A stretch of 64,000 nucleotides of DNA from Klebsormidium nitens (GCA_000708835.1 DF237027.1:62001-126000), one strand, 5' to 3'. Shown: positions 38,801-50,460, counted from the stretch's first letter. Numbers and translations: made by a program. The notes: generated by a model from the letters alone, not told the origin.

Positions 38801-41800
38801 AGTCGTAAGCATCCTTAATGTCGTTTCAAGACCGTACTTCATCCTGGTCCTCATCTATAGTGAGACGGACTTCTGAATCCGTTTTGTGCAGGCCTCGAGC
38901 TCGCAACCGGGGGATGTTTCCGGTAGGGCCCTTCTTCCGTAAGTACCCGCAACCAGAGCCCTTCCCGCTCCTTTCTCGAGAAGTTCTTTTAACTGGGCAT
39001 GAAGAGTCTCACGTGGCTTTCTTTGACTACCCTTTCCGCTTTGGTAGCTGCCCCCTTTAATCAAGAATTGCCGCTGAAGACGACGACGTCACAAGCATGA
39101 CTTCACCTTTTCGTGTGTCTCAACGTCCCCATGCACCGGCTTGCGCCAGATCAGGACTGCCTAGCCCTTGCTAAAACTCGTCGGCGGTCAGACCTCGCGG
39201 GGTCGCATCTAAGACGCGCGAAGTCTTTGCCACGTTATATGACCATGCAAAGGAACACGTTCCTTATGCAACAACGCCCCATCAATCCTAGCACATCTGT
39301 ACCTCGTAGCGGAATTATTGCTTAACAGACATCGCATTCAAGATGCACTTTTCACTCAAGTTAATCTTGGATCCCCAAGAAAAGCGGGACATTTGGCCTA
39401 GCCTAGCCTTCCTGACAGTCAGATCGAGGGAGTCTACACAAAGTGTCGAGCTTCAAGCTTTTGCTGCGATTGACCATGGGGCGCGCACGTTAGACGCAAT
39501 CAACACACTTTGACCTTATCATTCATGCTCTGGAGTCAATTCCCCTCTGTCGTCATCAACGGCGCGCATGACGTTGGATGGCAAGGATTTCGAAAGCCGA
39601 CAGATCGAGTTTCTAATTGTCAGAAATGAACCTCAAGACATGTGCTTCAAACAAACCCGCCGCTAACATCATCCGTTTCCTGACGTCAGCGACGGCGCGC
39701 CGAGTGACGTCAAGCTGGCGAGCTACGAGGCGCTGACGGGGCTGGTGGGCACGCGTGACGTACCGTCCATCATTTCGATGTACGCTGAGCGCAAAGAGAA
39801 CAACGAGAAGCTGCTCGAGGCCAAGGGCCGCGGGGAGGAGCGATTGCGGCGACTCAAGGACGAGAGGGCCGAGCTGGAGGTCGCCCTCAAGCAGGTAAAG
39901 TGTTGGTCGGAGAACGAGCTTCGAGTATTTCCTGTCGCCGCCAACGCTAAACCAAGAAAGAATTCAACACGCAACGCTGAGCCCGAACAACAAACGCTAA
40001 ATTGAAAACTCGTAAAAATAAAAAGGTGGCCGAGCTGGAGGTCACAAGTATTTGGTTTCGCGGAACGAGCTTTGATGTTTTCCTGTTGCTGTAAACGGCA
40101 AACCCTAAAACCCGGAAACCCTAGATTGGTGCCGAGCTGGAGGCCGCCTTCAAGCAGGTAAGGTTGTCACCGGAGAAGATTCTTCGGCGTTCTCCGCTGC
40201 GCGCGTGTTTTTGCGGCGACTGCAAGCGAGGAGAGCGAGTTGAGAGGTCGCCCAGAAACGACGATGAGGCTGCTTGGGCGGAAGAGCCTCTGTGTATCTC
40301 ATTGGTACACCACTTCTCGTGCATCTAGAAGCGAAGGCAGAGTAAGTAGTCGCGCTCAACCGGGTGATTAGGATGATAAAACTCAAGGAAAATAATAGTA
40401 AGCCAAGATAATAATAAGATCCGACTAACAACAAAAAGCCTAACCCAAACCGACACACCCGCTCCGCACCCGTACCCACCCTAACAACCAAATTAACCCT
40501 ACCCGTCCCAGTGCGGTTACCTTATTATCATCTCGGCTTACTATTATTTTCCTTGAGTTTGAAATTTAAGGATGTAGGCACTGATTTGGTCGCCTTCTTT
40601 TCGGATTCCGTTTATACTACTTTTCTCTTAGGCAGAAGGGTTAGCTTCATTGCACAGCAGTCTCGCGCACAGGACACCGTTTCATTATCAGGCACAAATC
40701 CGGATGCTTCAAGCTGCGCGCGAAGCCTTTCAGAGGCGAACCCAGGAAGCTTCGGACACGGGGACGCTAAATGTCGCCCCTCCGCCGTTTCCTAATTTCG
40801 CGCCTCGTTCCGGACGGTTCGGAGGGGCAGATTCGGACACGGTCAACCGTCAGTCTGCGGCTGCGCGAGCGCGTTGGTTGTCGCGCTTCAAGCACAAACG
40901 GGAGACCACCGCGCGCGCCCGATGATTAACACGCGCGCACGTGCAGCCGTCAGTCTGCGGCCGCGCGAGCGCGTTCGTTCTCGAAGTCGCGCTCCAAAGC
41001 ACAAACGGGAGACCAGCGTGCGCGCCTGATAATTTACACGCGCGCACGTGCAGCCGCAGCCTGGGCCACACACTTCGAACCAAACCCGATTCCCGCTCTT
41101 CGAAAGTAGAACGCGTCCGCGAATGAGCGTACCACTCTTCATTTCTGAGCAATCAATTTCTGATTGGTTAGGATATATTGTTGCGAAGGCTGATGGACTC
41201 GAATATTCCGTCGCAGGTGGTATACGTCGACTTGGGTCAAGCGGTCGGCGCGCAGGCGGGGTTCAAAACCGAGATCCAAAAGAAGGAGGACCGGTTGAGG
41301 CGGGACCAGGTAAGGATAACTGTTCCTGTTGATTGAGCGAGCAGAAAAGCCCGTCAACGAATTAAGCGGGTGGGGTTACTTAGGGAGCCAGGGAGAAAAC
41401 GGGTGCGAAGCACGTGCACCCATGGTTTAGGGTTCTGATTTTAAATTGAAGAAGGAGGACCGGCCGAGGCGCGATCAGGTGCGAAGATTGTCAACAGTTG
41501 GCCCGTCGCAATTTTTGGAGTCCACACAAAGAGATGCTGTGTTCACAAGAGTGCTGAGGTCGATCGAGGACGCTCGATCTGAATCCACGTGCTTGTGTCT
41601 TGCGTTGCGAATGTCCGGTGTATTGAAATTCTATTCTTCTTGTATTTCTCATCACATGCTATAACGCCCCCTCCCCCCGATTTGGAACTTTGTATAGCGG
41701 AGGCCCCGCAAAAAGCTGGTTGCGGCAGAGACGTAGATAATTGAGGGTCTAGAGCAGCTGTGGATATAACATCGTAAAAATCTAATGCTCTTCACTGGTC

Positions 41801-44800
41801 TAATCATGTACAATGACCGATTGTGTTCGGTTGTCATGGTGGCTCTCTTTGAAGCTCGGTTCAGAAACGCGTCCGAAACCACCAGCATGCCGAAAATTTT
41901 CCGGAGTAGAAAGCTTCGATGCTTGATGAGGTCGTGATTACGCCCGATTCTGGGCCGAGTCACTGCGCAGACTCGCAAGTAGCGCCAAGTGCTAGGGGTG
42001 GTGTCTTCCAGCAATTGAGAAGCACTCAACAACATCGACTTCCCGCCCAGCATAGGACGTTCATCAGGCAAGCGGGATAGCCCTGGAGACTTCAAAACCC
42101 TAATTACATACTTCCAAACCCTTAAACCCTCAGCCCCTTGAAACTTAAGCAAGATATAGTAGGCCAAGATAAAAATGATCTTCGACTAACACTGGAAATC
42201 CTAAACCAAAAAGCTACCTGCTCCGCACCCATACCCACCGTAACCACCAAACTAACCTCACCCGTCCCAGCGCGCTTACCTTAGTAATGTCTCGCCTTAT
42301 TTTTGATTTTCTTGAGCTCAATCTGAAACCTCTTCCCAGGAGCGCACGCTGGCCGCGGAGCGTGACATCAGCCTGGTGGGCACGTGCCTCTGGCAGCTGC
42401 TCGCGCGCATCCCCGACTCCTCCGACGCGCTGCAGGGCCTGCCGGCCGCGTATTTCAAGGACGCGGCCGCGGCCGCGACGCCGAACCCCCAAACCCCCGC
42501 GGTCGCGCCGCGGCACGCGCCCCGCAAGTCGGTGGCGAAGGGATCCCTCGACGCCAAACACGCGCGGATGCCGCGGTCGCCGGGGGGGCGGGAAAACGGA
42601 AGAACAGCTGGAGGACCTCGTATGCGTCCGTGAAGGGATGGAGAGGACTTCGTTCGGCTCGGTTATGAGCTTGGAGTGCGTTGGAGTGGGGAAGGCGGGG
42701 GCGGGGGAGGGGGGCGGGGCGACCAAAGAGGAAGGGTTTGTTGGGGGCATGTCGCCGGAAGAGCAGGTGAGTTTTACCAGCGAAAGTGGATCTGAAATCT
42801 GAGATTCCTGTTGGCCTGTGCAGAAGTGGGTAATAGGGTTCTGGATATGATACGTACACGGGTTAATTGGTTCGTCGTCATTGGGGTGAGACGAGAACAC
42901 CTGTAGAGACGATATATAAGGTCGAGAAGCTTGAATCTTGTCGCAACGAAATCTTGTTGGTTCGACTGGTCATTTTTGCACAAATGGGGTCGGTTTTGAG
43001 GTCGTTATTGTTGTCGAGCCTTTGACTTGATTCACAGCTTGTCTTTGTGTGCGCGATATGGAACGTCGGAAGACCGATTGCGCCAAGAAACGGAAGAGCA
43101 TAGACGCGAACTCGCCTTGTCCATCCACCGTGCGCCTCTCAGCATGCCCGTTTGTGAGAGCCTTGCTTGCTTTCCTGAGCAGATTCGAAATCTGAACGTG
43201 AGGGACAACCGAAACCTGAGCTGAGTCCCTCCTCCGTTTCAAGGCGCCGCTGGCTTAAGCAGATCGCCACCCCATTTGCTTTTGTTAGCTGGACCCAAAC
43301 GGAAAGTGCCCAAGTCATGACCACACCAATGAAAGCTAATCAGAACTGCACCTGTTTCTCCACCCAAGACACGGCTCGCTTCCGAAATCTGTCAGACAAA
43401 GCCGCACCGACGCCAACTTACTGTTGGGCTTGGCTCTTACGGATAAATATTCAAATCGTAACTGGACCCGTAACTCACCCTTAACCAAGCTCGTTTTCTG
43501 CACCCCAGGCCAAATTCGCGCTCGACACCCTCGAGCAAGTGCGCACCAAGGTCGACTCCTGGCTGACTTGGGAAACCGCTTATCTGCAAGACGCGGGCCT
43601 CGTATACGACGGCAGCTCCTCGCGCACTCGCCCGTCTAGTTACTCCGCCGGAATAAGCGACGACCGACACTCGACCTACAGCGATCCGGCTCCGGCGGTT
43701 CGGGCGGCGGAACCGAGCGCCGGAGGACCGCCGGCCGCCGACGCGCCGCAAGACCCGGGCGACGTTCCCGCCGCGCCTGACGTAGTGCTGACGTCAGCTC
43801 CCGGCGACCCAGCGCTGGTGACGGCCAGCACCCACCGGGGACTCCTACCGAGCGGAGTGCGCGATCTGGCGCCGGCTTTTGTGAAGGTGAGTGTCAGATA
43901 TGGTCAAAATTCGAGTGAAATTTTGGTTAACCCACCTCCTAACCACTCTGGGACGGGTAAGACTCAATCTGAGAGTTGAGGGTGGGTGAAGGTCGAAGCA
44001 AGCTAGCGAAGGTCTGGGTTCGAATGTTGAGATTACTGTCTGAGTTGGGAACTTATCATTCTCGAAGCTCATTCTCTATGAAGCTCTTCACTTTTGGAGC
44101 TCTTGAATGTTTCTCAAGGCTAAAGCTCCCTAAGGTCCTGAAGCGCATTGTTTATGAAGCTCCAACGACGCCTGAAGCTTATCGTTCCTGAGATCGAACG
44201 TGATTCTGTGCAGCTTGGCGGACCGGCCGACCGGCCCGTTGACTCCCCCACGAACCCGGGGCACGGGAAAGACGCGCGGAGGCCGCTGGGGAAACTAGAC
44301 CTGGCGTCAAAACAGCGCGCGGATGCGGTAACGGTGGCGCGGCTCAAGGCGGAGGAGACGATTGCGTCGGCGGCCATGCAGGCGGTGCGCGGGCGTGCGG
44401 AGAACTACCGGGTGGACGTGGGGCAGGTGACGTCACCGCTACCCTTACGCTGACGTCACCGCTTTGACAAAAGCCTGGTGTTCGTCGATCGAGCAGATAT
44501 ACTCGGTTCGTCGTGAGCAACCGTTGCCCGTTGTTGAAACCAATCAAGGCGCTCCGGGGTTGAGCTTGTGTCGTTGCAAGGGGAGCGAATTACACGATAC
44601 ACTCGATTTTTGTTGCTTCAACTGGGAGGAGTTCCCGTCAATTTGTGTAGGGGGCCGAGCGGGGGGACAAATCGTCAAAAGCGTTGCCATGTTCTGAAAG
44701 CTCTAGAACGGTCACTACTTTCGCATTCCCGGGTTCAGGTTTGGGTTTGGAAGCCAACCTATCCTTCATACTCCCTCCCTTCTGTCCGGGTCTTGAAAAG

Positions 44801-47800
44801 AGCCGGGTGAAGTGCCCACTTCTTGATTTGTTCCTGAAACTGGGACTAAGAGTCAAACGGATTCGCCGACCGCTTGATTAACGTTCTCTCTCAAGAGGCG
44901 TTCAAGAACCCGGACAAAGGTTTGAAGGCCTTCGTGGAGATGCTGCTCGCTTCCTGAACTTGTTTCACAGTACGTTCTAAAAACGAAAAGCTAACGGTTC
45001 CGCCAACCAATATTTCCATTATAGTCTCAGAAGGCCTGTGAGGACTCTGTCAAGAAGTTGGAGGCCATTATGAAGTGGCTGCCTGCTTTTTGGTCTTTTC
45101 AATACACCTAACAATGCAGTGTTACAACGAACTAGCCAATTGTTGTAACTGCTTTTCTCAGGAAGCTTTTGAGGACCCGGTTAAGACTTTGGAAGGCATC
45201 GCGAAACCTGACGAGTTGCCGTCTTTCTGAGCTTTGTCCACAGAGCTCGTATTGAGATTCTTATGCGTTTGCCTGATGATAATCATGTCTTTCTCAAGAA
45301 GAAAAAACTCGATCAAGGGGTTGGAGGCCGTCATGAAGACTCCAAACCAGAGCTGCGAATGTTTTGATAAAACGAACTAAGTTTTGGTTGCAAAGATCTT
45401 GAACCCAAACTCTCACTAGTCTACCGACTTCTCAATCACTCTTTTCAGGAGGCATTCGAGGACCCGGTCAAGGGGTTGGAGGCCATCATGGAGTGGCTGC
45501 ACGCGAACCGCGACAGCCTGCGCGCGCACACGGGCGAGCCCACTAACTGGATTTGGCTTACAAACCCGGTTATCCAGGATTTCGCTGGTTTACTGACTGC
45601 TTCAGCTTCTATTCTCAGGAGGCGTTCGAGGACCCGGTCAAGGGTTTGGAGGCCATCATGGAGTGGCTGCGCGCGAACCGCGACAGCCTGCGCGCGCACA
45701 CGGGCGAGCTGGACTACGACATGAGCGGGACCATCTCCACCGACGAGCTCCTCGAGCTCTTCCGCAAGGTGCGCCGTCAAATGTCTGGGTTTGCTCCATG
45801 AGTTAGTAGCTCATTGAAGGTTCCAGGGGTCTAGATCTGGGTTTACACCGTCGGTTAAGAGCCGTTTAGTCCTTGTTTGCGCTTCATTGTGTAGCTTCAT
45901 GGACCTCTTGTCGTCACAAACACGCGATAAAAGAGTCGGCGGACGCCTCGAAGGTTTAGTCAACGGTTTCGGTCAAATTCGTTGGATTCAGGCAAGTCTT
46001 GCCAGCGTTTCAACTGTTGACCCAATTCTCAACCCGTGCGGATAAAGTGCAAACCAGCGACCTGCTGTCGAAGGGGTTCGCGATCGCAGCAACGGCATCA
46101 TTTGATAACGAAACAGTAACTGTGAACTTTGACCACATTAACCTCTGCAAAGTTTTCGTAATCCACGCCCTAACCCGCTCAGGTCATGTTCGAGCCGACC
46201 CCCGCCGAGCTGCGCAGTCTGTTGTGAAAGCTGGATCGTGACGGCAGCGGCAGCATCACAAACGCCGACGAACTTTTAAGCCCGAGAATTGACCAACGGT
46301 GACTCGCTACCCTCTTAACCTCCCCTTAACCCGCTCAGGTTAAGTTCGAGCCGACCCCCGCCGAGCTGCGCAGCCTGCTGTGGAAGCTGGATCGTGACGG
46401 CAGCGGCAGCGTCACAATTGACGAGTTGCTCGACAGCAGTGACGACGAGGATCACGCCGCCGTGTTCCGCCAAACCGCGCTCGCGCCGGTCTTCAGCCGG
46501 GAGGAGCTCAAGGTGGGTTACGCTCTAACCCTAGGTTTGAACAGGCGTCAGGAATGAGGTCAAGGGGTTTGGTGGGTTGCATTTTGAGATTATTTCGTCA
46601 GGCAGACCGCGCTTGCGCCCGTATATAGCCGGGAGGAGCTCAAGGTGGGCTACGCCTTAACCCTAGGTTTCAAGTGCAATTTGTGGAAGTATCAGGCGTC
46701 TGGAATAAGGTCAAGGGGTTTTCTGAGCTGCAGTATGAGCTTATTTCTGTCAGGCGATTGCGCTCGCGCCCGTCTTCAACCGGGAAGAGCTCAAGGTGGG
46801 TTAAACGGTGTAACATTAGAATTGAATTGCGTTTTGAATGATTATCGGGTTCCTGGAAGAAGGTGTTCAGGTTTAGGGCTTTGCTAAATCCAGGTTTCGA
46901 GATCATGTTCATCGGTAGGACGACGCTGGCGCCAGTCTTCAGCCGGGAAGAGCTCAAGGTGGAGTACGCTTTGACCCTAGGTTTTGTATCGCGTTCTTTT
47001 TGAATATTACCGGGCGTCTGGCACAAGGTCTGGAGAGGTGGGACTTTGGTTCAACATTATAGTCACCACTTAAGCCGCGCTGTGCCGTCTTCAGCCTGTG
47101 CACGCGTCTTCAGCCTGTGTACGAGGGGCTGAGATTTGCTTCGCTTTGAGAGGGTCTGCGGTGTTGGTTCCTGATTGATCGGGTTATGGGGTTTACAGAT
47201 TGCAAGGCAGACCGCGCTCGATTCAGCCGGGTGGACCTTAATGACATGAGGATTAACGTTCTGGGTATTTAACACCGCGTTCAGGGAAAATTGATTGCAT
47301 GCAAATTTTGAACCTTTGGCGTCATGTCTTCGAGATGTTGCAGGGAAGAAGCATATCGTAGCACGAAGGTGTTAGTCCGCACATATGCAGGAGTTTTGGT
47401 GTTGGTTCTAGGGAAAGATTGAAAAATAAAAGTCGACAATCCATGCCTAGGTATCTCATTTTAACTGTTTTAGTTTTCAGTGTATATTTGCGCCAAGAGA
47501 TCTTGATTTCAAACAGCTGTCCAGCACTCACACTCGCGCTTGTAAAGTAGCAAGAACGTCTCCAAGCAGAACAACCTCTTAACCCTTTTTTGGTTCAGGC
47601 CCGGACCGAAAAGATGGCGCGCAACCAGCAGCACACACTGCAGCGCCCGAACACGTCGGACGGATTCCTGTCGGCGGAACAGACTCAACTAGTCCTCCAA
47701 AAGCTGCGAGCAATCAATGTGACCAATCCCCTGGCTTCGGCCACTAGCGGGCCGCCACGTGGACCACCGTCGAGCTCGGGATCCGCTCTTGCAAGTAGCG

Positions 47801-48231
47801 GCAGCACGTCGTCTCGGACCGGAATCCTAAAGATGAGCACTATGAATCGGCCCAGGAGTGTGCGGAACGGGACCGGAACCGGAACGGGCAAGGCGGGCGC
47901 TATTCGGGGGACGAGCTCCAGCGAGACAACGCCGAGGCACGCGAGCTTCAAAGCGGGGGGTGGGGATACCCGCGGAAACTACCCCGCCGCAGAGGACCTG
48001 AAGCGGCGGCCCGATAGCGCACCGATTCGCGGGGGCGACGAGAGAGTGAAAGCGAAGAAAGAGGAGACGCGGAAAAGTAGGATAGCGTTTGTCGATCTCC
48101 CCCCCGAAAACGAAGAAAACAGAGGAACGGGCGGGATGACGTCCCGGCCTACGTCAGCTGGCCGAGGGAAAGTGTCGGGGAGTGTGAGCCTGAGCCGGCC
48201 GCTGTCGAGCTCGGGACACAGGTTGCGGTGA
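35738..48231 (+). CDS. Long coiled-coil protein with a C-terminal EF-hand pair; possibly related to outer dynein arm docking complex subunits (ODA-DC/CCDC151-CCDC114-like)
   Basis: GC-rich exons: ~35738-35878, 36325-36588, 37664-37803, 38246-38333, 38892-38938, 39690-39894, 41217-41309, 42340-~42766 (internal frame break), 43509-43886, ~44193-44426, 45619-45768, 46339-46512 and 47599-48231 (TGA). They encode heptad-rich segments (ARQLQAQLERLTEISANLDRSL; ERKENNEKLLEAKGRGEERLRRLKDERAELEVALKQ) and two EF-hand loops (LDYDMSGTISTDELLELF; LDRDGSGSVTIDELLD). The ODA-DC assignment is inferred from architecture and KLASYEALTGLVGTRDVPSIISMY only. Confidence 0.75.
40379..40560. mobile_element. MITE-like element with 40-bp terminal inverted repeats
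   Basis: 40379-40418 (aaactcaaggaaaataatagtaagccaagataataataag) matches the reverse complement of 40521-40560 at 38/40 positions. The internal core is ctccgcacccgtacccaccctaacaaccaaattaaccctacccgtccc. No clear target-site duplication. Confidence 0.7.
40848..41055 (+). repeat. Two-copy tandem duplication, ~100-bp period, intronic
   Basis: cgtcagtctgcggc.gcgcgagcgcgtt...aagcacaaacgggagacca...acacgcgcgcacgtgcagc starts at 40848 and again at 40948. Confidence 0.8.
42141..42318. mobile_element. Decayed second copy of the MITE-like element
   Basis: Same core (ctccgcacccatacccaccgtaaccaccaaactaacctcacccgtcccagcgcgcttacctta) with degenerate inverted ends (aaacttaagcaagatatagtaggccaagat ... atgtctcgccttatttttgattttcttgagct). 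Confidence 0.6.
44888..45540 (+). repeat. Five decayed copies of acceptor plus 5' part of the EF-hand 1 exon
   Basis: Variants of ctcag|GAGGCGTTCGAGGACCCGGTCAAGGGTTTGGAGGCCATCATGGAG occur at about 44888, 45022, 45155, 45290 and 45443 (near-perfect over ~90 nt). The true exon starts at 45619. Confidence 0.85.
46598..47250 (+). repeat. Decayed copies (~150-bp period) of the 3' end plus donor of the EF-hand 2 exon
   Basis: Variants of CAAACCGCGCTCGCGCCGGTCTTCAGCCGGGAGGAGCTCAAG|gtggg occur at about 46598, 46748 and 46915, with weaker copies at about 47070 and 47205. Confidence 0.85.
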
Positions 48232-48654
48232 CGTAACGCAAGCGCGTGCGCGCTGACTGAGGTGACGTAGGGCGCGAGCGCGCGTGCGGAGAGAGACCGA
48301 GTAAACTGATAAAAAAACGGTAAATCGAGTTTGAGAAAAGGTTCTCGGAGGTAACGTAACGAGTTCTTGTGTTCAAACTTTGTAAAAGCGCGAGGTGAAA
48401 GGATCTATGTACTCAGAATTGACTTGTTTGTGGACGAAGTGACTTAGGAGTCAGGTATCAAGGTATAGATTAACTGAGAGTTTTGGGTCTCTTGCAAAGC
48501 GAGAGCCCTCGGATCAAGGTGCGGATCTCGATCAATGCTGCGCATGCGGCAGCAGAGTGGAATGTCTCGCTCGATTAAATAGGCCTTTTCACAGATCGCA
48601 ATGCAAATCTGCTTATATTTGAGGGACATACTCAATCAACGTTTCGAAAGTAGC

Positions 48655-48723
48655 TGTGGCCGTACGGTTAACGTTAACGTTTAACGTGTGGCCGTACGGG
48701 TGTGGCCGTACGGTTAACGTTAG
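48655..48723. repeat. Short minisatellite of gtggccgtacgg and ttaacg units
   Basis: gtggccgtacggttaacgttaacgtttaacgtgtggccgtacgggtgtggccgtacggttaacgttag. Confidence 0.7.
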
Positions 48724-50460
48724 CAAAAGCTCGTCCCAGTATGGACCTTTCGCTTCAACCATTTCTGAGTAAATCGCTAATTCATCACTTTGACCACAAA
48801 TCCTTCGCGCTTCGACTAACAAAAGCTTTTCATGACCGTGCGACTGTGTAAGCAAACGTGGGTCCCCTTGTCCAAAGTCGTAAGTTGTCGTCTGGCCGAC
48901 GTCCAGCTCGCATAGTGAACTTAAACTTTGCTCCAAACCACAACGTTGAACTCGACCCGCAAGTTGGGAGTGAAACAATCTGCCGCGCCCTAACCGAGTT
49001 TTTTTGTTTGATGAAAAGAGCATGATGCCGGCGCGATCATGAAGCCCCCCCGGTCGCGCGGCTAGGCGAAGCGTAACGTGGGAAAGCGCACTGAACTATG
49101 TTTCCGGCGTCCCTTTCGAACTCTCTTGCAGTCGAACCTGTCATCGTGTCGTCACAGAGATAGAATATGGAGCATCGTCCATTTTCGATCATGTATCCCC
49201 TGTAACTTGATTTTAATTCAATTAGGAGCCTCGTAACACATATCATCTGCGGCCGGACCATGCATGAAAACTAGTCCCAGTACGTCCATCGTTGACTTTG
49301 GTTCAGCTAGATTGTACGGATGCAGTTGGTACTGAGGACGCGCGTTCAATTTCCTTGAGGTATGCATTCTCGACTGAGACGGGGCGTCCAGCCTAGTTTG
49401 TGTGCAGTCGCTCTGATCAGCTTCTGTCCAGACTTTGTTTCCAACATGATATACACGGAGCGCAAAAAAGTAATGAAGGTGAAAGATATCGAGCCGCTAC
49501 TATATAGTCGGACTTCAAGTTCGACCATGGGCGTACTGGCTGTATATTCAAAGCCTGATCAAGCCGGCTCAGGTTGGCACTTCTAGAAATACGAAACCGC
49601 GGTGCCCCCAAGTCGAATCTAGATTCTGGCCATTCATGATGGTACAATCGATTCGTAGTCAAATCTGTGAATTTTCAATACTGTATTGCCAGCCTGCCAG
49701 ATATCTCAGTGCAAGTGCAAACGGTTCCAACGGCGCTCGGCTACTAAAGAAAATGTACTAAGATACAACAAAGACCTTAGATTATCATCTGCAGCAACAA
49801 TTATGTACCAGCTATCCAAGTAGCAGTTATATTGACTATTCCAATAGTAAGTTTTCAGAAACACACCTCACAAAAATTTCTATATCGAATGTTACCCCAT
49901 CCGGCTGACTGTATGACTGGGCCGAAGAAGTTGCGGAACCCTCTGGATTGTTGCCACGTGTCCTCAAGTTCGCTCAACTGCCACGCGTAACGTCCTCTGC
50001 TTTCAAATTTGTGGAAGTCTTTGCTTGGGAAGCTGCCAGCCGCAAACACCAAATCTTGGGAAGCAATCAGCTGCGTCGCTTAAATCATCTCAATTTGTCT
50101 TGACCCTACACTGTAAATATTATGGCTACGTTCGCGAATAGAGCTTGCACCCCGCCCAACTAGCTCTCCAGTTCCGCTGCTTTAGAGAATAGGCCTTAAA
50201 TGGAAGTAAATAGGTCTCAAATGGTTCTCGTCGCTTGACGTAGCCCAAAGCAATCCGGTCGCACCGCCGGACTCCGCTTACTTTAAGTTTACACTCTTAC
50301 AAACATATATTCCGGCTTCTAAGATGTAAATAAACTCCAGTCACGAGACCTCAATAAACCTCTTCGCATCTAGAAGCCACCCTCCGAACTCTCAAAACCT
50401 GCCGTAAAATGTACACCGATTTCAAATCTCCTTCGACTTCGCGAAGTTTTCAACAGCTTC

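Noticed and set aside
40099-40124. Interstitial telomeric repeats (aaaccctaaaacccggaaaccctag; similar at ~20965 and ~42105)
   Set aside because: Only one or two imperfect units each, too short to call.
35335-47250. CRISPR-like repeat-spacer arrays
   Set aside because: The repeats are diverged copies of adjacent exon edges in a eukaryotic gene, with no constant repeat, unique spacers or cas genes.
49855-50052. 65-aa aromatic-rich ORF as a transposon or endonuclease fragment
   Set aside because: No diagnostic motif; cannot be supported without a search.
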